DNA of 26,993 bases from a virus (lineage: Duplodnaviria > Caudoviricetes): positions 1-26,993 of IMG/VR virus record IMGVR_UViG_3300038393_002651. One strand, written 5' to 3'. The notes below the pieces were generated by a model. It was not told the origin of the DNA. It made no database searches and worked only from the letters and a program-made list of their open reading frames with translations. A program made the position numbers and the translations under genes. Positions 8,388-16,324 of the stretch are shown here, one piece after another; the first letter of the stretch is position 1, and each line of letters starts with the position of its first letter.

Positions 8388-9578
8388 TTACCCGGTGGTG
8401 GGGGTCTTCGCACGGCTCGCGGCCGCTGAGTCGACCACGGCGATGTCCTGGTCGTAGACGTCGAGCATAGCCTCGGTGCGGTGACCCGACGCCTGTTGCT
8501 TCTCGCCGCGAGTGCCCTTGGTGTCGGTGACGCCGCGGCGCTTGAGGTCGTGCAGGCCGAAGCGCGCGTCGGCCGGGATGGCCCCATCGGCGATCGCGGC
8601 CTTGACTAGACGCTGCCAGGCGCTGTTGAAGCCGCTCTTCGTCAGGGCATAGCCGTACACGCTGACGACCAGCGGGCGGTCTTCGGGGCGCATCGGGATC
8701 GGACGCTTGCGCTCGGCCCAGATCAGGGTGCGGCGCGCCTGCAGTGCGTCGACGACGGCGCGCAGGCGTGGATCCCAGCGGGTGATGTTGGTGAGGCTGC
8801 CCTTGCGCCGGCGACAGATCAGGCCTTCCGCGGTGACGTCGGCATCGTTGAGATCGACCACGACCTCGATGCCGCGCAGCCGGCAGAGATAGGCGAGCTC
8901 GGCGACGTCGGCCAGGTAGGGCGCGACGCTGCCCTTGATGCCGCGGTCGATCGTTGCGTGCGCGCGGGCATAGGTCACGATCGCGGCGAAGGCATCGTGG
9001 CTTGGCAGGCGGCGCTGCTTGCGCTCCTTCGGCGGTTCGACGCCGAGCGCGGGATTGCCTTCGCACCAGCCGCGGTTGGCGCCCCAGCGGAACGCGACGC
9101 GGAGATAGCGCAGCACGTGCGCGGCGGTGCTGGGTGTGCGGATCAGCGCGCCCGTCGCGTCGCGCTTGCGCCCTTCGGCGATGCGATCGACCAGGCGCTG
9201 GATCAACGGTCGCGTGATGCGATTGCTCTCGAGGTCGCCGAACGTGCCGCCGCCCTTCGTCTTCTGCTCAAGCACGCGATCGCGACAGAACCCGTAGTCG
9301 TCCCGCGTGGCCTTTCCGAGCTCGCGAAATTCGCTGCTCTCGTGGAAGGCTTTCAGCAGCGAGCGGAGCAGCTTGCGGTCGATGCCGCTGGCCGCTTCCA
9401 TGATCGCGTGCAGGTCGGACAGGCGCGCGGTGGGGCCGGCGACGGTGCGTGGGCGCGGGTCGCGCACGTACCAGCGCCCGGACCCGCTCTTGTCCCAGTA
9501 GATCCCGCGCGGCAAGGCCGCCTGGTCGATGTGTGCGGGGATCGATGGATCGTGCTTGCGCTTGCGGCCGCGGGTCAT
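8388..9578 (-). CDS. int: Tyrosine recombinase (integrase)
   Basis: Start MTRGRKRKHDP; catalytic set R (CRLRG), K (RRKGS), HDLKR, SGH, Y (LDVY); next to attP. Confidence 0.92.
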   Translation of the reverse strand: MTRGRKRKHDPSIPAHIDQAALPRGIYWDKSGSGRWYVRDPRPRTVAGPTARLSDLHAIMEAASGIDRKLLRSLLKAFHESSEFRELGKATRDDYGFCRDRVLEQKTKGGGTFGDLESNRITRPLIQRLVDRIAEGRKRDATGALIRTPSTAAHVLRYLRVAFRWGANRGWCEGNPALGVEPPKERKQRRLPSHDAFAAIVTYARAHATIDRGIKGSVAPYLADVAELAYLCRLRGIEVVVDLNDADVTAEGLICRRRKGSLTNITRWDPRLRAVVDALQARRTLIWAERKRPIPMRPEDRPLVVSVYGYALTKSGFNSAWQRLVKAAIADGAIPADARFGLHDLKRRGVTDTKGTRGEKQQASGHRTEAMLDVYDQDIAVVDSAAASRAKTPTTG

Positions 9579-9583
9579 CGTGG

Positions 9584-9751
9584 TTAGCCGGATTGCTCGC
9601 TCGAGTGGCGTGCGAGCCTTTCGATCGCTCGAGCCAACGCGACAGCGGCTTCCTCGAAAGACAGTCGCTCCTGCTCGATGATCTCGATGGCAGCTCTTTC
9701 GATTGCGAGCTGCGCCAGCGCTACTTTCTGCTGCCTCGCGGTAGCGTTCAT
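9584..9751 (-). CDS. Small helical hypothetical protein (55 aa, MNATARQQKVALAQLAIERAAIEII...), absent from the ORF track
   Basis: Its ATG overlaps the xis stop (ATGA), and it ends 5 nt before the int ATG. Confidence 0.65.
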   Translation of the reverse strand: MNATARQQKVALAQLAIERAAIEIIEQERLSFEEAAVALARAIERLARHSSEQSG

Positions 9752-9972
9752 AGAACGTCCTCGGGTCGATATGCCTCGCCGTCGTTAGCGGCATGGGCCA
9801 CTCCGAGCGCCGCGTTGAGCGCGTCGACGGTCGTCCAGATGCCGCCCTTGCCGTCGTAACGGTAGCGCAACCCCTGGGCCTTGGCCCATTTCTCAACTGT
9901 GGCCAGCCGAGGGTGTTCGCCCGGCCGGCACAGCTCCTGCAGGTCCTCGAATTGGAGGATGGGGCCGAGCAT
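9748..9972 (-). CDS. xis: Excisionase / recombination directionality factor-like protein
   Basis: 74 aa, MLGPILQFEDLQEL...TVEKWAKAQGLRYRYDGKGGIWTT winged-helix pattern, upstream of int. Confidence 0.65.
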   Translation of the reverse strand: MLGPILQFEDLQELCRPGEHPRLATVEKWAKAQGLRYRYDGKGGIWTTVDALNAALGVAHAANDGEAYRPEDVL

Positions 9973-10181
9973 TACCGCGGCGCCTCCTCCACGCGCTGCC
10001 ATCCGTCGTCGCCGGCGAGCAGCGACGGGACGGGAAAGAGAAAGGGCCGGCGCCGGCGGCCGCCGCTGCCACGCGTGCGTTGCAGGACGGCGTAGGCGCC
10101 TTCTCCGGGCACGTCGACGACGGCCAGCACGCGGGCTTGGCCGTCGATATCGCGCCAGAGCTGGCCGACGGTAAGCGCCAT
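9972..10181 (-). CDS. Hypothetical protein
   Basis: Stop/start overlaps with both neighbours. Confidence 0.65.
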   Translation of the reverse strand: MALTVGQLWRDIDGQARVLAVVDVPGEGAYAVLQRTRGSGGRRRRPFLFPVPSLLAGDDGWQRVEEAPR

Positions 10182-10522
10182 CAGCGAGGACCCAGCAGCC
10201 GCAGTAGACCCTTCCTTGGCGCGGCGGCCGTTTCGGGCTCAACGATCTCGACGATGTGGCCGGCCAGTTCCTTGGCGGTGAATTGGAATACCGGCTGGAC
10301 GCCGAGGCACGCCTTTATGAGCTCCGGTATCTGCTCGCGCAGCGCTGCCGGCATCTTGTTGAAGTGGATGCAGTGCAGCGGCCGCAGGATGTCGTACGCA
10401 TCTCCCTTGGGATCGATGCCCAGCAGCTTGCCCACCGAATCGATGGTGCAGATGTCGAGCCACCCCTTGACGAACATGTGGTTGAGGGCGGTCAGGGCCG
10501 ACAGTTGCTTGAGGTCACTCAT
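10181..10522 (-). CDS. Hypothetical phage protein (113 aa, MSDLKQL...)
   Basis: ATGA overlap with the ParB-like gene stop; protein-like composition. Confidence 0.7.
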   Translation of the reverse strand: MSDLKQLSALTALNHMFVKGWLDICTIDSVGKLLGIDPKGDAYDILRPLHCIHFNKMPAALREQIPELIKACLGVQPVFQFTAKELAGHIVEIVEPETAAAPRKGLLRLLGPR

Positions 10523-12540
10523 CGCCGCGCCACCTTTGCTGCCGACTTCTTCGCGGCTTTTTTCGATGACGCCTTCTTGGCGACTGGCTTCTTGGCCGAG
10601 GCCTTCTTCGCGGGCTTTGCCGGCTTGGCCTTGGGTGCCGGCTTCGCCGTCGCGGCGGGCTTGGCGCCCTTCAGGGTGTAGCCGGGGCCACGGAGCGGCT
10701 TCGGCAGCCAACCGGTGCCGGCGAGCAGCTTGGCGGCCTGGGCGATGAGCTCGTCCTTCCTCAGGCCGTTGAGCGTGGCGGCTACGTCCTTGCCCTTCGC
10801 CTCGGTGACGGCCTCGAGGACTAGGGCGGCCGGGATGCGGCCGAGGAAGTTGTCGCAGCCCGCATTCCAGTGGTCGGCCATGTCGAAGCCAATCGCGGCA
10901 TGAAGTGTGGCGACGCCAGCATGGCCATCGGGGCGATCGCTGAGGCCGCCGAAGCGCGCAGCGACGCAGGCCGCGAGCATGGCCAGCAACTCGGCCTGGT
11001 TGCGCTGCAGGAGCCAGCTGAGGCGGTCCTTGCGGGGCAGCTGCTTCAGCCCTTCCGCGGCGTCCTTGGCCGGATCCGGTAGGGCAGCGTGGATGTCGGG
11101 AGCCGCCTTGCGCGCATCTGGCACCGTCAGGCCGGTGAGGTGCAGCACGTCAGCATGGCCCCAGTCATGCTTCACCGCCGACGCCAGGTAGTCGACCAAA
11201 AGCGCGAGTGCGAGGTGCGGGTCGCGCGCGACGTGGCTGCGCGCGACTTCGCTGCGATGCGCACTGAGGACGTTGAGGATCGCGGCGCTGAGCTCCGGCT
11301 TCTTCGGCTTTGCGGCGGTCGCCCCGCCCTCGGCTGTCTTCGCCGTCTCTTTCGGTTTGCCCGTGATAGCGCCGGCGTTGTCGACCTTCTGTCCCGGCTT
11401 CAGGCGTCCGCGCTCAATGCGCACGCCGTCGTAGTCGAGAAAGACCAGGACGCCCGTGGTGGCCCGCACGTCGTCAGAGACGTCGGGCTGGGCGGCCGCG
11501 TGGATCTCTTCCCGCTCGAGCTCGAGGCGCTGCATTTCGACGTCGAACTCTTCCTCGCTGAGGCTCTCGTCGCCGTCCATCTCGAGTTGCTCGATGCGCT
11601 CCTCGATCTCGTCAAGACGCTGCTGCTGTTCGCCGCTGAACTTGGCGTCCCGCATCGCAGGGTGAATTTGGTAGTCGGACAGCTTTGCGTAGTCGAATGC
11701 CAGATGCGCCTCGGCCCACGACCAGCCCGCATCGCGCTCGGCCTGCGCCAGCGCCTCGAGCTTGTCGAGCGCCAGGCGGTCGAGCAGCGGCTTGTCCTGC
11801 AGCCATGCGTCGCCGCGGGTGCTGAAGAGGTCACGGCGCACGGAACCGCCGGCGGCTTCGTACGCATCGAGGCCCACGAACTTGGCCAGCGTGTCGTCTG
11901 CACGCGCCTCGCGCCGGGTGAGCTTTTCGCGTAGGTCGCGCGGGCTGCGTTCCCAGTCGTGCTGCGCGGTGAACCACGCCTGGCGCTGCGCCTCATGGTT
12001 GTCGGTGATGGCAAGGGCCTGCAGTTGCTCGAGCGACATGCCGTCGTTGCGGTAGATCTGCACGAGCTCGGGGTTGACGTTGGCGAGCTTGAGGCGCTGC
12101 TTGACCACGATCTCTTCGACGCCGAAGTGCGCGGCGACGTCGGCGAGCGGCTTGCCCGATTCGATCATCGCGTGGAAGGCGTCGAACTGGTCGGCCGGGT
12201 GCATGGCCTCGCGCAGCGTGTTCTCGGCGGTGCTGGCCTCGAGCGCGACGTCGTCGTCGACGATCAGGCGGCACGGGATGCCGTCCCCGGAGAGAGCCGC
12301 AGGCAATTCGTTGCGCTTCGCGAGCAGCTGCAGGGCGGCCAAGCGCCGGCCGCCGGCGACGACGCCATAGGGCGCGTCGTCGTTGTCGCTCGGCTGCACG
12401 GTGAGGTTTTGCAGCAGGCCGTGCGCGGCGATCGAGGCGGCGAGCCCCTCGACGTCGTCGCCTCCGGTCTTGCGGGCGTTTCGCGGCGACAGCTGCAGCT
12501 GGCCGAGCGGGATGCGGATCAGGTCAGGCTGGGCGTTCAT
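10519..12540 (-). CDS. parB: Large ParB/RepB/Spo0J-family protein with HTH and Lys/Ala-rich C-terminal tail
   Basis: LAASIAAHGLLQNLTV, AGGRRLAAL and ENTLRE ParB CTP-binding motifs; HTH ADVAAHFGV..VKQRLKLA; C-terminal WLPKPLR; GAGG RBS before ATG 12540. Confidence 0.88.
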   Translation of the reverse strand: MNAQPDLIRIPLGQLQLSPRNARKTGGDDVEGLAASIAAHGLLQNLTVQPSDNDDAPYGVVAGGRRLAALQLLAKRNELPAALSGDGIPCRLIVDDDVALEASTAENTLREAMHPADQFDAFHAMIESGKPLADVAAHFGVEEIVVKQRLKLANVNPELVQIYRNDGMSLEQLQALAITDNHEAQRQAWFTAQHDWERSPRDLREKLTRREARADDTLAKFVGLDAYEAAGGSVRRDLFSTRGDAWLQDKPLLDRLALDKLEALAQAERDAGWSWAEAHLAFDYAKLSDYQIHPAMRDAKFSGEQQQRLDEIEERIEQLEMDGDESLSEEEFDVEMQRLELEREEIHAAAQPDVSDDVRATTGVLVFLDYDGVRIERGRLKPGQKVDNAGAITGKPKETAKTAEGGATAAKPKKPELSAAILNVLSAHRSEVARSHVARDPHLALALLVDYLASAVKHDWGHADVLHLTGLTVPDARKAAPDIHAALPDPAKDAAEGLKQLPRKDRLSWLLQRNQAELLAMLAACVAARFGGLSDRPDGHAGVATLHAAIGFDMADHWNAGCDNFLGRIPAALVLEAVTEAKGKDVAATLNGLRKDELIAQAAKLLAGTGWLPKPLRGPGYTLKGAKPAATAKPAPKAKPAKPAKKASAKKPVAKKASSKKAAKKSAAKVARR

Positions 12541-12566
12541 GTGGCCTCGTGGCATAGGATCGTGCG

Positions 12567-13034
12567 ATGAAGTCCAACCCCTACCTCGAGCTGGACCTGG
12601 AAGCGCTCACGCGGGCGTTTCACGCGCGCGCCGGCGAGCTGTTGAAAGAGGGCGTGCAGCGCAGCCCTGAAGAGCGTTTGGCACTCGCGCGCGACACCGC
12701 TTACCAGCTGCTCGCCGCTGCGCGCTTGCTCGATCCCGGGTACTACCAGGCGGGCGAGCCGGAAGAGGCAATGAAGCGAGGCCACGAATCGCTGGTGGCC
12801 GCGTTCAGCGAGTGGGCAGAACGTCTGCAACGACATGCACGCCACCGTGTGCTCCTGCGCGCCGTCAACGCTGCCGTGCCGAGCAATCCATACAACTGGC
12901 TGCGCGAGGCGAGGCTCGACGATCGCCATTTGAGCGAGCTGGCAACCGAAAGCGAGGAAGGGCTGGCGCGTGTGCTGGCGCATCTGCAGGCGCTCGTGGA
13001 GTCAGGCCGCGGTCCGAAGCGCGGCGGCCGCTGA
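12567..13034 (+). CDS. Hypothetical all-helical protein, antisense to the early operon (moron-like)
   Basis: 155 aa with GC-rich third positions; TAGGAT -10-like hexamer 6 nt before the ATG. Confidence 0.65.
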   Translation: MKSNPYLELDLEALTRAFHARAGELLKEGVQRSPEERLALARDTAYQLLAAARLLDPGYYQAGEPEEAMKRGHESLVAAFSEWAERLQRHARHRVLLRAVNAAVPSNPYNWLREARLDDRHLSELATESEEGLARVLAHLQALVESGRGPKRGGR

Positions 13035-13265
13035 TGCAACCTGTGCCTCGAGTTCGGCGATACGGGCTTGCGCGCGTGCGTGCTCCTGCACCAGGCCGGG
13101 GAAACAGCCGTCGCAGTGGTCGCGCGTTGCAACGTCCTCGCGCCATTCGCGCGCGCGCCGTCGGAACTCCGCGGCGTTGATCTCGTTGCCGTGAGCGAGT
13201 TGCTGCTCCGCGTAGGCCTCGAGGAAGTCGGGGCCGGTCATGGAGTTGGTGAGTTGGTCGTGCAT
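13002..13265 (-). CDS. Hypothetical coiled-coil protein
   Basis: GGAG RBS; in the early leftward operon. Confidence 0.7.
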   Translation of the reverse strand: MHDQLTNSMTGPDFLEAYAEQQLAHGNEINAAEFRRRAREWREDVATRDHCDGCFPGLVQEHARAQARIAELEAQVASAAAALRTAA

Positions 13266-13280
13266 TGCAGGTTCTCCGGA

Positions 13281-14081
13281 TCAGGCTACGTCGGTGAGAT
13301 CGTCGGCATCGAGGCTGTCATCGTTGTCGGCGTGCTGACGACGGCGGTTAGCGGCTTGTGCGGCTAGGAAACACTTCGTGGGTTGTGAGGTCTGGCCATT
13401 CGCCAGGCGCTCCACGCGCCCGCCGCGCGCCTGGAAGGCGGCGACATCAGCGGCGATGCGAGAGCTGTCGAGCGCCGCTTCGCGTGGTCGCGTGAGGTTG
13501 GCGTTGGGAATCACCAACGGCGCGGGCCTGTCGATGATTCGAAACTCGCCTGGACGCTTAGCCTGTGGTGTAGGTGCCGCGTCCTTTCGCCGCGGCGCCT
13601 TTGCCTTCGCGACTTCAGGAGGCTTCGGTTTCGCCACGCTCATCGACTGGGATGCGGTTGCCGTTGCCGCCGGCGTGCGGGTCTTGCGCCGGTCAATCAA
13701 CGCTTCCGCGGTGGGCCGGTACGCGAAATTGCATCGCGTGCCGAACCGCTCGAGCTTGCCGGCGTTGTGCAGCTGACCGAGTTGGGCGGCCACCATCGTG
13801 GACAGATGGCGACTCATCTTCGGCTCGGCGCCGGCAATGCCCTCTACGATTTCATCCAGTTTTGCGGCGCGGCCGAGATCGGCGAGGAATCGCAGAATCT
13901 GCTGTGCGCGCGACGGCGGCGCGCCTTCTCCGAGGCCGGCCCAAGTGAGGTTTTCTCCGCGGTCGAGCGCGCTGTTGAGGCGCTTATGTGCGGCGGGGTG
14001 GCTGATGCGGAGTCGCTCGGCGACGTCGGCGCAGGTGACTTTTTGGCCGTCCACCCTGTAGACGCGTGGGGGCATGCTCAT
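13281..14081 (-). CDS. Putative DNA-binding protein (HTH + winged helix) with SutA-like C-terminal motif
   Basis: TCADVAERLRIS HTH; second wHTH RAQQILRFL...GKLERFG; C-terminal IAADVAAFQARGGRVERL. Confidence 0.7.
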   Translation of the reverse strand: MSMPPRVYRVDGQKVTCADVAERLRISHPAAHKRLNSALDRGENLTWAGLGEGAPPSRAQQILRFLADLGRAAKLDEIVEGIAGAEPKMSRHLSTMVAAQLGQLHNAGKLERFGTRCNFAYRPTAEALIDRRKTRTPAATATASQSMSVAKPKPPEVAKAKAPRRKDAAPTPQAKRPGEFRIIDRPAPLVIPNANLTRPREAALDSSRIAADVAAFQARGGRVERLANGQTSQPTKCFLAAQAANRRRQHADNDDSLDADDLTDVA

Positions 14082-14593
14082 GTGCGATTCCGGTCGAGGT
14101 GATCGGTGACGTCACCCGCCGGCGTGACGCCGCAGCAGTCGCATGGCTTGTCGGGGTCGGCTAGGGCATTCGTCAGATATGTCGCGAGCCGTTCCCAGCG
14201 AGGAATCGCGGTTCGCTCGCGGCTGAGCGCGATCGGACAATGCGCCAGCGCTTCCCGCACCATCTCGGTGGTGATCACTACAGAAGACTCAGTACGCGGC
14301 TCTGCGAGCTGACGCTGCAGGGCAATGAGCTGGTCGCGACATGCGGCCAGGACAATGTCCGGGTCGGTGTCGTCGACCGGCACGCGCAGCGTCCCTTCCC
14401 CCCGGGTCACGCGGGTGATGGCGGCTTCGATGCGGAGGAAGAGGTCGGGCGTCGGTTCGCTGTTGCTCGCGGTACCGGCAGCCAAGCGTGCGATGTAGGC
14501 GCGGACGTGGATCGGACACCAGTGGTCGATGAAGCGTTGGGCTTCTTCATCGTTGAAATGGAGTCCGGAATCGCGCTCGGGTTGGGTGCTCAT
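14078..14593 (-). CDS. Hypothetical phage protein
   Basis: ATGA coupling on both sides. Confidence 0.65.
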   Translation of the reverse strand: MSTQPERDSGLHFNDEEAQRFIDHWCPIHVRAYIARLAAGTASNSEPTPDLFLRIEAAITRVTRGEGTLRVPVDDTDPDIVLAACRDQLIALQRQLAEPRTESSVVITTEMVREALAHCPIALSRERTAIPRWERLATYLTNALADPDKPCDCCGVTPAGDVTDHLDRNRT

Positions 14594-14889
14594 GCCGCGC
14601 CCGCCGTTGCCCTGTCAGCGGCGACCAGCTGCTCGGCCAGCTCGTGGCCCTTGCGCGTGAGCATGGCGCGCGTGGGGAACTGCGGATCGTCGAACTCGAT
14701 CAGCCAGGCGCGCTCGAGCATCGCCATCAGCCGATAAGTGAACGACGGGATCTGCTGGACGCCGCTCGCATGGGCTTGCGTGTGAGGCGCGCTGTAGTGC
14801 TTCGCATTGCGCACCAGCGCGTGCGTTGGCGCTCCGAGCGCTTCGCGCAAGGCGCTCGCTTGCAACGGCGTGAGTTGATGGATGTCCAT
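14590..14889 (-). CDS. Hypothetical protein (possible winged helix)
   Basis: GAGG RBS; LERAWLIEF...LTRKGHELA pattern. Confidence 0.7.
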   Translation of the reverse strand: MDIHQLTPLQASALREALGAPTHALVRNAKHYSAPHTQAHASGVQQIPSFTYRLMAMLERAWLIEFDDPQFPTRAMLTRKGHELAEQLVAADRATAGAA

Positions 14890-14904
14890 GTTGGCCCTCG
14901 GGCG

Positions 14905-14933
14905 AAAAAGAGCCCGCCGGCGACCCGGCGGGC
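14905..14933 (-). terminator. Intrinsic terminator inside the leftward early operon (tL1-like)
   Basis: GCCCGCCGG-gtcg-CCGGCGGGC perfect 9-bp stem followed by TCTTTTT on the minus strand. Confidence 0.8.
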
Positions 14934-14947
14934 GCGGAGAAAACGGG

Positions 14948-15262
14948 TCAGGTGACGGGGCGCAGCAGTGGGTTGCGACGGCCAGTGAGTTCGCTGCAGG
15001 CGAGTGCTATGACGACGGCTGTGGAACGCCCAGCAGCGAGTTCGTCAAGCGCGACGCGGTTGGCGCGTGCGCGGCTTTCGCCGTCCGCGCCGATGGATCG
15101 CGCTCGTTCGGCGATCGCCTGGCGCGCGGTGCGCAGGGCGAGTGGGTTGCGCATCGGTACGAGGTTGGCCGGCGCAGGCTTGATCAGCGCATCGACCAGC
15201 GCCTTCGCGCTGAGGAAGACCCCGCAGTGGGTGCGCGGGAAGGAGAAGAGGCGGGCGCTCAT
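14948..15262 (-). CDS. Hypothetical protein (104 aa, MSARLFSFP...)
   Basis: ATGA overlap with the upstream gene, AGGAG RBS; ends just before the terminator. Confidence 0.65.
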   Translation of the reverse strand: MSARLFSFPRTHCGVFLSAKALVDALIKPAPANLVPMRNPLALRTARQAIAERARSIGADGESRARANRVALDELAAGRSTAVVIALACSELTGRRNPLLRPVT

Positions 15263-15462
15263 GCTTGGCGCTCCTGCACGGCCTGCGACAACGCGAATGC
15301 CTGTCGCGAGTAGTCGCGCGCAAGGCCGTCGTGCGCCAACCACGCGCCGGGCATCCTGGCCTCACCGCAGCGCATCGCCTCCGCGGCGTGCCTTTCGGTG
15401 AGACGCGCCATGAATTGCACAGCCTGCACTTCGTCCCTTGTCGGCCGGAAGCACGCGCTCAC
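15259..15462 (-). CDS. Hypothetical protein
   Basis: GTGA and ATGA coupling with its neighbours. Confidence 0.6.
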   Translation of the reverse strand: MSACFRPTRDEVQAVQFMARLTERHAAEAMRCGEARMPGAWLAHDGLARDYSRQAFALSQAVQERQA

Positions 15463-15809
15463 AGCTCACCGCCTTCGTGCCGCGCCTTGTCCCACGGCAG
15501 CGGCGACGCGATGTCGTGCCGGTAGGCCTGCGGCCTGAGCTCACCTTCCTCGTTGGCGGCGTAGTCGTCGTGCGGCCAGATACGGCCAGCGGCGCGCTCA
15601 GCGCGGCCCTGGCGGGCGCGGCTCAAGGGCGACCCAACAACCAGTTTGAAGGGTGCGACGTGCACAGCATTCGCCGGGACCGGCGGCCAGCGCAGATTGC
15701 GCAGCTCGGGCACGGAGGCAAAAGCGAGGACGATCAGCAGCAGGGCCAGCAGCGCGTACGCGAAGCCGATGCCGATCCAGAAGTCGGGACTGTGAAGGAG
15801 TTGTTGCAT
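15459..15809 (-). CDS. First pL gene: membrane-anchored hypothetical protein
   Basis: Strong GGGAGG RBS; N-terminal TM helix FWIGIGFAYALLALLLIVLAFA. Confidence 0.7.
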   Translation of the reverse strand: MQQLLHSPDFWIGIGFAYALLALLLIVLAFASVPELRNLRWPPVPANAVHVAPFKLVVGSPLSRARQGRAERAAGRIWPHDDYAANEEGELRPQAYRHDIASPLPWDKARHEGGEL

Positions 15810-15911
15810 GGCGCCTCCCTGTCGGTGAGGGCGCTTGCGGGCCGCGTCCGGCCTCCTAGTGCCGGCGGGGCGACCCGCCGGGCGCCCGCCCGGGATGTCC
15901 GGGCGAGCTGG

Positions 15912-15951
15912 ACCTTAAGACCTCTTAAGCAGTCTGTCAAGCACGCTTAAG
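15912..15951 (-). promoter_or_regulatory. pL promoter with operators OL1 (15914-15929) and OL2 (15936-15951)
   Basis: TTGACA-17 bp-TAAGGT on the minus strand; CTTAAG-acct-CTTAAG and GTCAAG-cacg-CTTAAG overlap it. Confidence 0.85.
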
Positions 15952-16010
15952 TTCAGATAAGGCAACCTCCGTTTAGACGGCCGCGCGGGTGGCCGGCTGG
16001 GGGTTGCGAA

Positions 16011-16319
16011 ATGCGAAGGATCGTCTTGGTCTTGACGGTGATTGCGCTTGCCGGGTGTACGTCGGCTAGGCCGCTAATGGCACCGTCCGGAAAGCAGGGT
16101 TACAAGGTCTGGTGTGAGATGCCATCGCAGTGCTACGACAAGGCCGCGCAAGTGTGTCCGGCGGGATACGACATCGAAGCCGACCAGAAGGATTACTGGG
16201 GCCTTGGTGACGTCGACGGCAATCTGATCATTGTGTGCAAAACGCCTGGAAGTCCAGGAAGGCTTGTGCCGAATGGGTCGAGCGCTCCAGCGAAACCGGT
16301 CGAAACGCCCGTGCAGTAA
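16011..16319 (+). CDS. Small Cys-rich lipoprotein (candidate superinfection exclusion)
   Basis: MRR + hydrophobic core + LAG/C lipobox; four further Cys; located in the immunity region. Confidence 0.8.
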   Translation: MRRIVLVLTVIALAGCTSARPLMAPSGKQGYKVWCEMPSQCYDKAAQVCPAGYDIEADQKDYWGLGDVDGNLIIVCKTPGSPGRLVPNGSSAPAKPVETPVQ

Positions 16320-16324
16320 TCGAG

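Noticed and set aside
8537-8551. HDLKR instead of HxxR as a sign of a dead integrase
   Set aside because: The other catalytic residues and attP are intact, and basic residues are retained at this position.
8388-9896. 502-aa integrase as in the ORF track
   Set aside because: The extension overlaps xis and a coupled 55-aa ORF; MTRGRKRK at 9578 is the credible start.
12537-12983. Minus-strand ORF ending in an ATGA overlap with parB
   Set aside because: Lies antisense to the more protein-like plus-strand ORF and lacks a convincing start; not fully excluded.
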